Shown: positions 1 to 14,174 of the stretch, piece after piece
Layout of the letters: the number at the start of each line of letters is the position of its first letter
How positions within the stretch are numbered: the first letter of the stretch is position 1
From: Octopus vulgaris
Taxonomy: Eukaryota
Reading direction: 5' to 3'
DNA length: 64,000 bases
NCBI GenBank assembly: GCA_951406725.2
Contig: OX597819.1
Coordinates: 5,890,001 to 5,954,000 of the forward strand
Notes under the pieces: model-generated
Told to the model about the DNA's origin: nothing
What the model saw: the letters and a program-made list of their open reading frames with translations, nothing else
The model's database searches: none
Program-made: the position numbers and the translations under genes

Positions 1-130
1 CTACCTAGCAGTCTTGCCCTGCCAATATACACATATATTAGAATTTTCTCTGACTTCTCAGATTTTTTGTATGCTGGACTACTGGTTTTAAATTGATATT
101 AAAATTAATATTAATTTATCTCCTCATTAG

Positions 131-132
<2 letters not shown>

Positions 133-194
<62 letters not shown>

Positions 195-315
195 TGACCT
201 GCTCGCTTAGCCAGCGGGGTTGTGTCGTTCGAAGGCTAAAACAATGCGAATGCATTGTGACCAGCGATGTGTAACTACATCTGATGGACTGGTCGGTCAC
301 GTGATCACGTGATAT

Positions 316-352
<37 letters not shown>

Positions 353-440
353 CATACATTATAAAATATTTACATAAGTATAATTATATATATATACCTA
401 TGTATATATATATATATATATATACATACATACATACACA

Positions 441-479
<39 letters not shown>

Positions 480-545
480 GCACACACACGCACACTTACG
501 CACACACACATATATGTATATTTGATATATATATATATATATATT
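133..545. repeat. (TA)n/(CA)n microsatellite cluster with an embedded ~115 bp unclassified segment (195-311) ending in cacgtgatcacgtgat
   Basis: Long TA runs flank a GC-richer block that ends in a duplicated CACGTGAT. Confidence 0.85.
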
Positions 546-1101
546 GTGTGTATATATATTGTGTGTTGTTGAAAGACTATATAATTGAAATAGTTGAATA
601 CGTAACCACAGTGTATATATTTCCTTCCATTTTTTGTTGTGTATTTCCCAAATTCACTCTACTGTGGTTACTGGAATATTCTGAGCCAAATATGCCCAAG
701 GGTACAGAGAGCATTAAAATATTGGCCTCTATCTGAATTTCTAAAAAAAATCAGCCATTCACCATTGCCAGATATTCTGACCGGAATCAATTAATGTTAA
801 TTCAATTTTGTATCTCAATCAAAATAGGAAATACTTTATGTATAATTAATTGCGAGGAAATGTGGATTCCATTGTTTTCACTCTATCTTTTTTAAGTAAA
901 GCATTTTACTTGCAGTCTCAATCGTCCAGTTATTATTTGGTGATGTTGATCAACCCGGGAGCAAAATTTTATTGCAACAAAACAATGTTTTATTTTTTAT
1001 ATACGAATTGTAATTGTGTATGTGTGTGGACGTGTGTCTCTCTGTGCAAACTTTTATAGATACATGCGTACATGCATGCAAGCATACAGAGAAACACTAT
1101 G

Positions 1102-1651
1102 TACCTACCTACCTACCTACCTACCTACCTACCTACCTACCTACCTACCTACCTACCTACCTACCTACCTACCTAGCTACCTACCTACCTACCTACCTAA
1201 CTACCTACCTACCTAACTACCTACCTACCTACCTACCTACCTACCTACCTACCTACCTACCTTCCTACCTAGCCAGCTAGCTACCTACTTACATACGTAC
1301 CTACTTACCTACCTACCTACTTACCTACCTACCTACCTACCTACCTACCTACCTACCTACCTACCTACCTAGCCAGCTAGCTAGCTAGCTACCTACCTAC
1401 CAACCTAGCCAGCTAGGTACCTACTTATATACGTACCTACATACGTACGTACCTACCTACCTACCTACCTACCTACCAACCTACCTACCTACCTACCTAC
1501 CTACCTACCTACCTACCTAGCCAGCTAGCTACCTACTTACATACGTACCTACTTACCTACCTACCTACTTATCTACCTACCTACCTACCTACCTACCTAC
1601 CAACCTATCTACCTACCTACCTACCAACCCACCTACCTACATACCTACCTA
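1102..1651. repeat. (TACC)n / (GGTA)n tetranucleotide microsatellite
   Basis: Direct tandem ctac units with recurring variants such as ctagccagctag. Confidence 0.97.
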
Positions 1652-2949
1652 CATATATACGAGGGGGTATATACGTATTATATACGTATGAGAGGGATGA
1701 CCACTACGTGGACAACCCTTATGCTAGAAGTAGATCCGCTATGATCTTACCACTAAGAAATGTTCTCAAGAAAAATTTAGCAAACACCAGAAACGTAATC
1801 GAGCAAGACAAAAGAAAAGCAATAAAAATATGGATTACTCGCATACATGTTTCACTATTAATATATTACGTAATTTTACTTACGTAAATGTCCGTAGATC
1901 TTCGGTGTGACCATCCAAATAAATATAATTTGCAGAACTATAGTCGGAACTTGTATATAGTCCGACCTATTACACTCGTGGTTGCTATTCAAATGTCTTC
2001 GTTTTGGCGCGCTAAATTACCGGAATTCTAGGTATAGATATTTTATATAAGCACGAATTTATATATGAGTATGTGTGGATATTGATATATTTAAACATAC
2101 CTGCCTTTGCATGTGCACGTGTATGTGCATGTGTGCGTACATATATGTATACACTCACATACAATTATGTGTATCTGCAAGCCTACATGCATGCCTTTAT
2201 GTATGCAAGAATTTTTGTATATGTAAAAATTAGATACAAATGAGTGTATATATACGGGAATGTATGTAACATACATGAGTTTTGTATTCGTATATGTGTG
2301 TTGATGTGTATAAATACATGTTTAATATGTGCATATGTATGCACCTTCACATAAGTATATTCTTTTCCTACTAAGCACTGACCTGTCCTCTTAGCAACCT
2401 AACCTATATTCCCAAATTCTTCATTCCACCATTCTACTACCCCTACCTCCTCTCTCTGCTCTTCACTTAGGCTCTATCGCTACACAACTGACACTCCTCT
2501 ACACTTTACCCTCTCATATCTTTACCCACTCATCTCTTTCTCTCTCTCTCTCACCCTCACCTCCTCATTCCTATCAATTTGTCCTGACTGACCACTAACC
2601 AGTACACCTTCCCTCTCTTCATTTCTTTATTATCTCTCACCCCGCTTTTCTTTTTTTCCTCTCTTCTAGTTTTTGATTTGAACTTGCAAACGCAGTCCCA
2701 ACTTTTAAGTCACTCCAAAAAACCCTCGATTCAATAACACCGTCTACAAACGCTATGCTTAGAATGACCAATTTTAAATACAATTGGAACACAAGGTATC
2801 GGAAACTTATATGTATACCATTCTGCCTAAATAATGGAATTGCAGATACAATATCTCGGCATATCTCACGTCTGTTTTCATTCTTCCACTTCACTCTCTA
2901 TTTTCATATCTTCTCTAGAATAACTATTGCTTAACCATTTTCTCACACC

Positions 2950-2997
2950 GTCTCCGATGAAGGGATATATAAACTATCCCAGACACAGCTGTAAGAC
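2950..2997 (+). ncRNA. Minimal type I hammerhead-ribozyme-like motif, probably a Penelope-like pLTR remnant, core mutated
   Basis: gtct-CCGATGA-a-GGGATA..TATCCC-a-GACA-c-agct-GTA-agac: stem I gtct/agac, stem II gggata/tatccc, palindromic AGCT in stem III; GACA replaces GAAA. Confidence 0.65.
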
Positions 2998-3230
2998 CTT
3001 CTATTTATAAATGATCTGAAATCTTTCACAGCCTTGGATTTTCATCTCATTCTGTTAATTTTTTTTATATATACACATGCTGATATATGACCTACGTTGG
3101 ACACCTCATTCGCATAATCACCGAACCTGGTGCTTAACTATAGTCTGTCCATAGTACTTACTCAGCATTACCTGACACCTTTGGGTTTTCTTGTCTTCTT
3201 GACACCATTACCTCTCATAACCTATATATA

Positions 3231-3293
<63 letters not shown>

Positions 3294-3819
3294 ACGTGCA
3301 CGCGCACATACAGAGATGTATTAGATAAAAATAAAATGAAAAATCCACCCTGGATTCTCAGTCAGTACTTCTGCAGACCGGTTAACAGAATGTATATCTG
3401 TAGATGGTTTATTTTGAAGAAGGAAACTATCCATTGAAATACAAACTCCAGGTCAAATAGATTGGTCGAGGATTATGAATACATTTAGTAAAAAATCTGT
3501 AATTTATGGCATGTTTTATATTTATATTTTATTTTTTTGATTATTGTAGTTTCAACACAACACAAAAAATACATTTCATGAATTCAAATATAAATATTAA
3601 TATTAACAAATTCGAAGTATTATGATAATATTTTTTTATCGAGGTAAACTATGTGCATTTTTTCAGACTATATCTAAAATATAACTTAATTGAAATTTCA
3701 TGGCCTATGCATACATATATGCACGCGCGCGCGCACACACATACACACGCGCACACACACACACACACAAAGTTGTAATAATGAGATAAAATCAAATAGT
3801 GATATTTTTTCATCATTTA

Positions 3820-3892
3820 ATATGCACGTTTCAGGTTTGTGCAATATATAAGAGGAAATGCATCCATTACGTAAGACCTTCCTCAGTTATTT
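3820..3892 (-). ncRNA. Degenerate hammerhead-like motif (Penelope-like remnant)
   Basis: Minus strand reads CTGAGGA-AGGT..long loop..ACCT-GAAAC-gtgc-ata. Confidence 0.45.
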
Positions 3893-5796
3893 CCATATAT
3901 ATGGTCATAGCTATTAAGTTAGAAGGATGAATATATATATAGAGGGGGAGAAGGAAGGGGGATAGAAGGAGAGAGAACGAGAAAGAGAGAGAGAGGAAGA
4001 GAGGGAGAGGGAACATTCACGGGTAAGAGGATTACAAGTCATAATATATACACACTCGCACACATATGAACTAAATACATTTTTGATAAGGCATTTCTGC
4101 ATGTGTCTTACCAGCTATCTTAAGTAAATGGGTTCACAAGAATAGAAAGGACAGCTAAAATCTGTAAGAAACAAGTCCATTCTGGCGAGTGTGCTGTAAA
4201 ATTAGTCTTTTTACGCGGCCCAACTCGAACATAAACTGTTATTAAATAGAGTGGGAAAAATTGACTTTTGTTTTGATAGAACGGTTATCGATTAATAGAT
4301 GTAGGGGGAAATGTGATTGTGTAATGCTCAAACTTTTTGTAAAGGCATTATCAAGAGTATTAGTACCGTATGTAATTTGAAATGACAGCAACCGAAAATA
4401 AAGTTGCTTACTGAATTCTTTTTTTATTTATAAGTTGATTGAGACATATGTGTTTAGTATTATATTATTGCCCTTTCGAATAATTTCTATATGGTTTTGC
4501 TTTGGGAGAAAGTAAGGAGGGTTTCAGTAGATAAGACTGTTTCGGCTATCGAAAATAGTTTTTCAATGAATAAATAATCTTTTGAAGTGAATGGAGTAAT
4601 AAGTTTTAATATATTCAATAGAAGAGCTAGCAACCATTGAAAGGTTATCGCTTTTTCTGCTCCATATTCCATTCCACAAAGTCAAAGTTCTAAAAATTGC
4701 TACAAACATACAAGAATATCTTTCCAAGACATTGGATTGAAAAGATAAAGTATCCCCGAAGACTGTAAATATTATAATTAGAAATTCTTTTGATGTTCTT
4801 TTTTTGCATATGTTTTGTGTTGTTCGACAAGTATACTGACTAGATTTTATAGGTGTATATATACACGCACACACAATGTACATATATTAGTTGTTAGCTG
4901 CAACACGACGGAAGGCTCCACGACATTATATTCTGACATATTGGATTATTAAAATTTCTTGAAGAGAAGCACCATATAACGATTATTCTGGGTCTTTCGA
5001 TAATCATTGTTTATTTTATATTCATTTTGAAAAGAAATTAATCTGTTGATATTCCTCTGCATTATATTCAGTTAAATGGAAAAATAACTTTACTGTTTTC
5101 GATAACTCAAATCTGACACAAAGGCCTGTTCATATGATGAATCAAAAAACTCAAACCACTTCCACTCAAGTACTCCCAACCACTTGACTCTCCTTTCATC
5201 ACCCTTGTTGTGTCTAACCTCCCAGGCTCCACAATAACTACTACACCAGTTTCTTCGAAGAAGTTCGGGTTTTGTGCTTTTTTTAAACATGGAAGCACCC
5301 GGCCTAAAAATACTGTATTTATTTAATGACAGAATAACAAAATATATATTAGTCATAAACTATTACTATTTTTCTTCCACCAGATAATCGAATCATTGCT
5401 TCAAGCATTACTCACGCTTTCATCTAGTTAGCTAAAAAGTAAATACCTTAGTTAATACGACGACATAGCCAGTTCAATAAGGTATCGACTTAACCAGGCC
5501 TGGCCTATGTGGAGAGTGCACATACTATGTTTTACGTTTTAGCGGATTTTGTTGACTGGTTTTGAAAATGTGTTTTATAAGGGAATTTACTAGTTGTCGG
5601 ATTGTGGCTATAGTACTTGACACGTGACATAGTGTGACAATTTTTGTGTGTATGATTAACGTCTTTAAAGTTATTGATGTCCTATCATATTGCTTTTAAT
5701 TAGGTTGCCGAGTACGCTGTGGAAATAACGTTGGAATTTGTTTGCTATATGGTTAAGGTTGCTAGGCATGTGGAATCGAAGTGAGGTATCTTTTAT

Positions 5797-6157
5797 CTAG
5801 GTTCAGTCATTAGACCGCGGCAATGCTGGGGCACCGTCTTGAAGAATTTTCATTGAAAATCGACCCGAGTAATTATTTTGTTTTTTAAACTTGGTACTTA
5901 CTCTATCGGCTTACTCTTTTTGCCGGCCCGCTTTGTTACGGGGACGCAAACACACCAAAACCGGTCGACAAACAGACACACAGACACACACACATATACG
6001 ACGGGCTTTCTTCTGTTTCCATCTGCTAAATCCACTCACAAGGCTTTGGTCGGCCCAAGTTTAAAATAGAAAACGCTTGCCAAAAGTGCCACGCAGTGGG
6101 ACTGAACCCGGACCCATTTGATTGGGAAGCAAGGTTCTTACCACACAGCCACGCCTG
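5797..6157 (-). mobile_element. tRNA-derived SINE, family A, diverged copy
   Basis: Colinear with the well-preserved copies at 10997 and 29050. Confidence 0.85.
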
Positions 6158-6899
6158 AAGTTATTGCTTTTTGTTTGTTGTAGTAGGAGTTGTACAAGAA
6201 ATAAAGTTTGTTTCTGGTGAAATAGTGTCTCTTCCAGTATTTTTATTTAAAATTATATTATAGTTTATTTAGAGAGAGAGAGGGGGAGAGGGAGAGAGAG
6301 AGAAGGAGAGAGAGAGGGAGAGATAAGGGAGAGAGAGAGAGAGAGAGAGCACAGCGCCTTCGACAGATTTCAAGGTCTCTGGTATTGGTGTAAAGCAGTC
6401 ATCTTCCGATCTGATACATATTGCGAAAATGTTGCAATAGTGTGGATTTTGCTGAAAGGTTATCATAGACCAAACGGTGATGCTAAGCCGTAGGAAAGGA
6501 TAAAGCCTTCCACGTAAAAATCTGGCAAGTTTTTATGCAGTTTACGTACAGCATACTTTTCCCACTCAAGATTTTGACCACCTCGAGACCATTGAAGAAA
6601 GAAGTTACCAAATCGCGCGTAGCAAGATTGAACCTGAAACAACGCTGTTGTGAAGTGATGTTCTTAACCACACAACGATGGTTGTGCTTCTATCTGTCTT
6701 ATGGTTTTGACTAGGATTCAGTACGTTATCTAGTTTCTCTCAATGATGGTGTTTGGGCATGTGGTTAAGTGTTGTTGTCATATATGCTAAACAGGAGAAA
6801 AGATTAAGTCTTCAACGTAAAAATCAGGAAATGCCCCTCTAGCAAGCTTTGATGTAGTTTTTGTCCAGTAAGTTTTACACTCAAGGTTTTGGTCGCTTT

Positions 6900-7255
6900 T
6901 ATTTTTTACTTGTTTCAGTCATTAGACTGCGACCATGCTTAGACACCGCCTTGAAGTCGAACACATCAACCTCAACTTATTTTTAAGTTGACACTTATTC
7001 TAACGGATCTCTTTTGCCGAACAGCTAAGTTAAGGGGATGTAAGCAAATCAATACCGGTAATCAAGCGGTTGGGGCGGGGGTCACACACATGAGAGGCTT
7101 TCAAATAGTTTCTCTCTACTAAATTCCTCTCATACGATATCGGTTGACTCGGGACACTTGTAAAAGACACTTGCGCTAGTTGTCACGCTGTGGAACCGAA
7201 CCCCAAACTAAGAGGTTGAAAAGCAAGCTTCTTAACCACACAGCTATGTCTGCAC
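6900..7255 (-). mobile_element. SINE family A, old diverged copy
   Basis: cttgtttcagtcattagactgcg...cttaaccacacagc matches family A. Confidence 0.8.
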
Positions 7256-10200
7256 CAATGATAAAACTAACAATAATATGCTTTGTGCTTATATATTAAA
7301 TGTCTACTCTCTTGTGTGTTGTTGTCTGTATGTATATGTTCACTTAGTATTTCAATCATATTTGTACTTTATAATTGAGATAGCAATTTTGTTTCTTGTT
7401 GCTGATGCTTTGCCATGTCTAATTTGAGATCCAGCGAACATGATTAAAGATAGTTCCGTCGTCATGGTTATCCTTTCTTTTTGCGTATCTAGGACCGCAT
7501 TGTCAAATGATCTTGCTTTTATTTGATACGAAAGACTAATTTGATAAAACAGCATAGATCGCATATTTGCGAACTATATTGTTTCCTATTTTGTTTTATT
7601 GCATACTGGATGCTGCATGTGGAGGAGGCCTCTGCTCAGTCGAGGACGATTTGAAATATAGTACACTACGCTTCATAATAAAATCTACACTGAATACACG
7701 CTTAGAAACAAAAATACTAAAAATGACAGATAACCTGAACATTTGAGGACATAATTTTTTTGTTCTTGCTATTGCTTAGACCCAGGTCTAGCAGGCCTCT
7801 GACCATAGGCATTCGGACAATGGCCATCCTGTTATTTTTCTTGCGTATCGTGCAGTGGAAACTACATAATCCTATGAGTGCTTTTTTTTAAGACGATAGG
7901 GCATGATTTTCAATAAACAGCTTACCTTGAAGTACTTTTATTAAATATGCCCTATTTTTAAAACAGCAGGATATATATCTTGAGGGGGACTTAGCTGCCT
8001 TTTCTGGTAGGTCGAATGATTCGTAGAGGCTTTGTCGTGGGATCGCTGGTGGTATTGTTGTTAGTATTTGTTAGGATTTTGTGTTTCGTTATTGTCTGAC
8101 CGAGCAAATTTATGACCAAAGAGTGAGCATCTCGTCTATTTTGTAGATAGAGTATATCATCTAAAATAGTGGAATGTGAACTGTTGTAGACTGAGCAATT
8201 ACATAGCATCAATGATAGTTATAATGTTGGTGGTGTGGGTTGTGGTGCTGGAATACGAGTCAAAGTTATTGCTGAGGTTTTGGACTGCATCGCAGTAGCC
8301 GATGAGAATAATATTGGATGCTATACACGAATAATTTAACTAGAGAGATAATCTAACCCAAGCGCGGGTGAAAGTGGCATGTTTCTATAAGTTAGAAAGA
8401 TTTTTATGAGCGTGGTGAGGATAGAGCTGGAGTTAGAATTTAAAGCGGAAGTTTTTGGGAGTTGGGAGTTTGGATTGAAAATGTAATAGCAATCATACTT
8501 CAGAACCATCTCTGCGAAGCTAGTTGTGATCCTCACGGCAATCTACTTCTTGTTAAATTGAGAAATAAAAATTCTTTTAAGCAAAGATACGTGAAGGCAA
8601 AGATGTTCCAATCGTTAAATAGACCCCTTTTCAACCAGTGATATAGAACAAATTCTTTTATATTTTGTCAGCAGTGATCTTTACTTGTACAGCTGGAAAA
8701 GAACCAATGAGAAGGCTGTAAAAGGACACACTTAAGAAGATAATATCAATTATCTTCTTAAGTGAGAAATTGAGAAAGAGTTGCTGATTGAATACAATCA
8801 GCATATAACAGACACAGTTTGCCCAGTTTACTGACTTGTTCCGGAACAGGATGATGTGGGCTTCATTATCTTGATTAGACAGAGATGAGACTATCCGATA
8901 GATACAGAGATTGAGGTTGTCTGGCTAGGTTGGTTTACAAAGTGCTTGTAGAGTAGGTATGTCTACAAAGTTACGAGTATGTGAAGAGACTAATTAGCTC
9001 AGACATTTCGAGGCAGTAATCTGTGGATAGACGCAAGGAGCAGGAATAATTATGTGTATTCATGTCAGCAGGACAATGAATTCACAGTGCGTCACGCTTT
9101 TCCTTATTAAGATGTAATGCTAAAGGATGTGAACAAAATTAATTTTGCTGGTTAGAATATTATCGAGACCAATATAAAGAGCAGACGATTTTAACTGAAT
9201 GAAGAAGAAAGAAACTGAGAAACTAGGTGCTTAAGTGAGAGACACACGTGAGAAGAATGGATTCTACGCAAAAGAATACATTCCTTTATGGAAGAAAGTT
9301 AGAATAAAGAAGGACGTCTGAATAGTGAAGCTGCGTTAGAGACAGAGATGAAGAGCTTTATATTTTAGAGCTAAATTAAACACACACACTCACACACGCA
9401 CGCACGCGCGTATATCAGTGAGAAGTGGTGGCTCGGTTCAAGGTTGAACCTAAGTCCACGGAGTTTTGTGCAGAGGAAGGAAAAATTGTCTAACTTATTA
9501 AATTAGGCTTTTTTCTTTTTTAAATTAAAATTCAGAGCAGCTTACGATGTTAACTGGTCATAGCAGGATCTGGTGATAGATCCCATCTTGGAAACCTCCA
9601 CGTAAAAGGAATAACAATCCGGATCAGCAAAGTATCAGTGCAACAACAACAAAAAATGCCTAATTTGATATGATAGTAAATAAGTCACCTAATTTACTAA
9701 TCATGATACTTAGTTATTAACGTGAAATTACTTTAATCATGTATTCAGCAATATTAGTACTTGAAAATTCGAAAGCGTGGTATTTTTTATTCAAATGATT
9801 CCACTATTTCGACATTTTGCTATGTTTATCTGTAATGAAATATAAATACTATGTCTTAGATAGATTCAGTTAGTTTCACTACTGGTGACTACATAACCGT
9901 TAGGAAAAGAGAAATTAATCTGTCAACTGCGTTAAAAATACTACTGTTGCCGATATCGAGGAAAGAATCTTGAACATGATCCAACCTAAACATGAACAAA
10001 TCAAAGCTAAAACCATTAAAGTTTCCATAAATCTTAGGAATCATAATCTTGGATGATCAAATATATATATTACTGCCAAATCCAACTCTCAACTAAGCTT
10101 AAGTGCTATACATGCTTAGGACCATATCTAATGAAAGTATAAAAGGCACTTCAGCTGATTGGAAGACTCATAGAATAAAAAAAAAACCCAGTTTTTTCTC

Positions 10201-10996
10201 TATGTCCCTTCTATCGAGACTACAACAATTTTTCTGGCAACGAACCGACGCGGAAATCCCAACGTAATCGCTCGATCAGCTACAACCAGAAGTCAAATCT
10301 CCCCTAAATCCCGCCTGATAAAACAAAGGAAAACGAAATGAGTTTAAGGACCTAATACTCTAAGAACCTAATGCACTAAAGTATTTAGCACAGCGGCCTC
10401 TGTGATACTGGACAATCTCTGTGAAACCTTATGACTGACAGTTTTAAAATTATACTTTGATGAAATTAGTCAAATATTGCAGGTTTTCCCTATATTGCTA
10501 ATATAAATGGTGTTAAGGTTCAGTTTGAATTTCTGCAAGTTAATGCCGGGGCATGTAGTTTTGGGTTATAGAGAGTTGCTATAGAGAATGAGTAGGATTT
10601 AGCGAAGTGCTTATCTTGTGGGTAGGAGATGTGACAGAGCACGGATGATAAACAGAGGAGACTTGTGCTGGGAGAGTTTGGGTAGAGGTGGACGTATTGT
10701 TTGGAGGTTTGTTCTGATAAAGTAAAGCTCTGATTTTTCAGACCGAAAGTGTATAATTCAGGACAGAAAGCCTCGTCCACTCCATCCAAGCTCTGCCAGA
10801 GCACATCTTCAATTATCATACCTTTTAGCCCAGGATGAACAATTCACTGAACTCTTCGTACCCACTATTGTATCCATCTATGACTTACCACTTTTTACCC
10901 CTACATGAACTTAACCCGAACCTTAACACTATTAACATCATCGGGGTAAGAACTGTCTGTAATGATCATTTTTGCACCACTTTATTTTATAACTAA

Positions 10997-11408
10997 CTCT
11001 TTACTCTTTTACTCTTTTACTTGTTTCAGTCATTTGACTGCGGCCATGCTGGAGCACCGCCTTTAGTCGAGCAAATCGACACCGGGACTTATTCTTTGTA
11101 AGCCCAGTACTTATTCTATCGGTATCTTTTGCCGAACCGCTAAGTAACAGGGACGTAAACACACCAGCATCGGTTGTCAAGCAATGCTAGGGGGACAAAC
11201 ACCGACACACAAACATATACACACACATATATATATACATATATACGAAAGGCTTCCTTCAGTTTCCGTCTACCAAATCCACTCACAAGGCATTGGTCGG
11301 CCCGAGGCTATAGCAGAAGACACTTGCCCAAGATGCCACGCTGTGGGACTGAACCCGGAACCATGTGGCTGGTTAGCAAGCTACTTACCACACAGCCACT
11401 CCTGCGCC
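10997..11408 (-). mobile_element. SINE family A, full length, little decayed
   Basis: Minus strand head ggcgcaggagtggctgtgtggt (A box), ggttcagtccc (B box), internal TG/TA tract, (gtaaaaga)n tail. Confidence 0.93.
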
Positions 11409-12476
11409 TAACTAATTATACTTTAAAAAAACAAACCCTAATTGATTTATTTGATCGAAATATAAAATATACACGGTCATCTATAAGGGCTCGCAGAGTT
11501 TGTTCAGCATCTCGTATATCACCGAACTTAATACCTTAGCGTGTTTAGATTCATGGCCACCGGCCACAGTTGACATTCTACCGAGGTTATAGAAAAATGC
11601 CTGGAATATATTGAGAGTAGGCTGCACCTACTTGTTTATGAGAAAACATTGGTTTATTGGTTTTGTGTCTATGCATGACATTAATAGCAACGCTTTGCTC
11701 TTCAACTTGAAAATAATCCAAGATATCTATTGTATATTTTAATTAGAATTCTCATGACACGCATCATCATCATCGTTGTAGTCGTCGTAGTTGTCATTAT
11801 CATAACCAATGTTATCGCCGCCGCCACCGCAGCCGTCGTCGTGGTGATCATCATCATCATCATCACCACCATCAACAATAACAACAGCATTTCAAGCATC
11901 TTTTTCGGTCACGGTACGGATTGGTCAGGTCAAGTTTAAACAGAAAGAGGTCAGTGCTTCATGCCAACCACTTTACATATGTGTGAAGAGATAATGATCA
12001 GCTGTTGCTGAAAATATTAACGCGCTCTTTCTTCAACTTGTCACGTGGCCAATTCTCTTTGTTGAACAACCAGTTTATAAAATTTGGAATAATTAAAAAA
12101 AAGGTTAAAGTGATGATCACAGAGGTTGAAATGGAGTTTCTGAAATTGCCCCCAGTGACCAGTACATGATTTAAAAGCCATATTGCCAAAGGCTAATTAA
12201 ATAAATTTTCGCGATGCACCGCCGCGTACTTTCAGTTATTTTGGCCGAGGGTGGTAGTGGCCGTGTTGGTTGTTTTATCTGTGTTTTAGGCCTGGAGAGA
12301 GCTGTAGAGTTAGAGAAAACTCTAACCTGGTCTAGACTGTATACCAGTTTCGACTCCCGTCATGAGAGTTACTCGATCTCAGTCGTCTTAACATAGGACA
12401 AAAAAATATTCATTATTATTACGAGCACAAAAGATTTTAGGCGGTTTTCTCCTGATCGTTTATAATTTATTTATTA

Positions 12477-12886
12477 CTAGCAGTATCGCCCGGCGTTGCT
12501 CGGGTTTGTAAGGGAAATAACTATATAAGCATTTTTAGAGATGTAAAGTATAATAGCCATCTCAATATGGCTAACCACAATATGGCTAACCACAAGGGAG
12601 GGTGTTACTGTAGCTTTTTACGTTCTGAGATTTAATAATAAATTTTTAGAGAGTTATTTCCCTTATATATGCCAAAAATGCATTAAAAATGGGAAAAATT
12701 GATGGTAAATTATTTTTTAAATTGTAGACTCATCGTAGACGCGCGCTAATACCCAGAAGGGCTCGATATGAATCACGACTATAAGATACCCGGTTTTGGT
12801 TAAACTGCACCGCAAAATGTGGGAGTAGTTAGGAATCTAAATCGTAGGAGACAGACAGCACACAACCTCTCTTTTATATATAAAGA
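12477..12886 (-). mobile_element. Non-autonomous Helitron, 410 bp
   Basis: Minus strand starts a|TCtttatatataaaag and ends with hairpin cccgagcaacgccggg then CTAG|t; inserted between A and T, no TSD. Confidence 0.88.
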
Positions 12887-13008
12887 TTACGATACAAAAA
12901 ACTCTAGGCGGTTTTTTCCTAGTCGTTAGAAGTTTACACATTTAATTTTCAACTTGTGTATTTTTTCTAATAAGTTCATCTAATTTTGTATCCTTTAGTC
13001 GTCTAATA

Positions 13009-13325
13009 CAGTGGTTCTCGACCGGGGTCAATATTCCTCCTGGGGATCCATATCAGGTTTTTGGGGGTGTACGCTGGCAATATAGTAAATTGGGGATCTA
13101 CAATAATATTTTAAGGGTCTCTGAAAAGTTTTGATTCAAATGTATCCATCGCAAGAAACAGCTAAGCTTCTTTCTCTAACATTTTACATAGTTCAATATA
13201 TACAAGTGAGTGTGTAAATAACAAAATATGAATCTTGAAAGAAGTATTTATAAAATCGGTTTTTAAACATCGAGTCGCTATGGGGGAAGTCGACGGGAAT
13301 AAAATAGTAATTGAAGGGGTTCATA
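13009..13325 (+). mobile_element. hAT (Charlie-like) non-autonomous fragment, one terminus only
   Basis: Begins cagtggttctcgaccggggt, typical of a hAT TIR, preceded by gtctaata; partner TIR not seen. Confidence 0.6.
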
Positions 13326-13742
13326 GTATTCACTCGCTCAGTAAATATTTCTTACATTATTTTATCGCAGTCTTAACATCTCTCTTCTAAACAAACTCAA
13401 AGGTATTACATCCATTATGTGGTCGTTTATTACGATAGAAATACCAGGAGTCACGTAGGTAAAGCCTATGGCATACAAAACAGCCATACCAACAAATTCC
13501 TTTTGATATTTTTTTTCAAATTATGCCGATGTAGCAATTTTGGATTTCCTCGACCCATTCAGCTGACCTCCAGGTAACTTGAAATTGCATTCAGATTAAG
13601 GGGCGGGGTGGGGGGCTAAAAATTCCTCCGGGAGTAATTTCAAATCGATTTCAGATCACCTCTCAACTCCCTCCTCAAATGTTCATCGCATTTGTGGCAA
13701 ATAAAGTGTGATTCCTGTGTTTTGTTTATGCGTCATGTTAAA

Positions 13743-14068
13743 GACCTCACTTCGGTCACGAATGACCAAGGGATTGCATCAAGCAAGTTCTCCTTCGTGG
13801 TACAAATCCGAGCAACGCTGTTTGTGGAAGATCAGCGATCGCCCATTCATATTAATCTCCCCTCTTCAGGGCACCGATTTTGTCCAAGGGAAAGGCAAAG
13901 GCCGATACAACTTTGCCAGTGACATCGCAGCGCATTTCTACAGCTGAGTGAACTGTTGCAACGTGAAATAAAGTGTCATGCTCAACAGCACAACACACAA
14001 CTTGGTACAGAAATCGAACTCATACAGTCAAGATTGTAAGACCAAAGCTCTAACCACTGAGTCATGTG
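13743..14068 (-). mobile_element. tRNA-derived SINE, family C (V-SINE-like body), diverged
   Basis: Colinear with 62488-62825. Confidence 0.85.
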
Positions 14069-14174
14069 TTATGTACATGTGTGTAAATGATCTAGAAAGA
14101 GTGTTGAGCGTTCACTTCGTTAGTCAAAGTTGAAAAAGTCACCTTTAAAGTGTAACTTATATCTTTTATTTTAA

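Noticed and set aside
1014-1280. PTYL-repeat ORFs and the many YI, poly-I, poly-N and poly-L ORFs elsewhere
   Set aside because: All derive from (CTAC)n, (TA)n or (AAT)n microsatellites
4040-5780. Possible decayed Penelope RT/GIY-YIG coding remnants (also ~8000-8540 and ~28580-28790)
   Set aside because: Only faint motif resemblance such as NPPY; too degraded to support without a profile search
11174-11539. Recurrent 'MSSNARGTNTD' and 'MLGGQT' ORFs that look like a gene family
   Set aside because: Antisense translations of SINE family A; frames break differently in each copy
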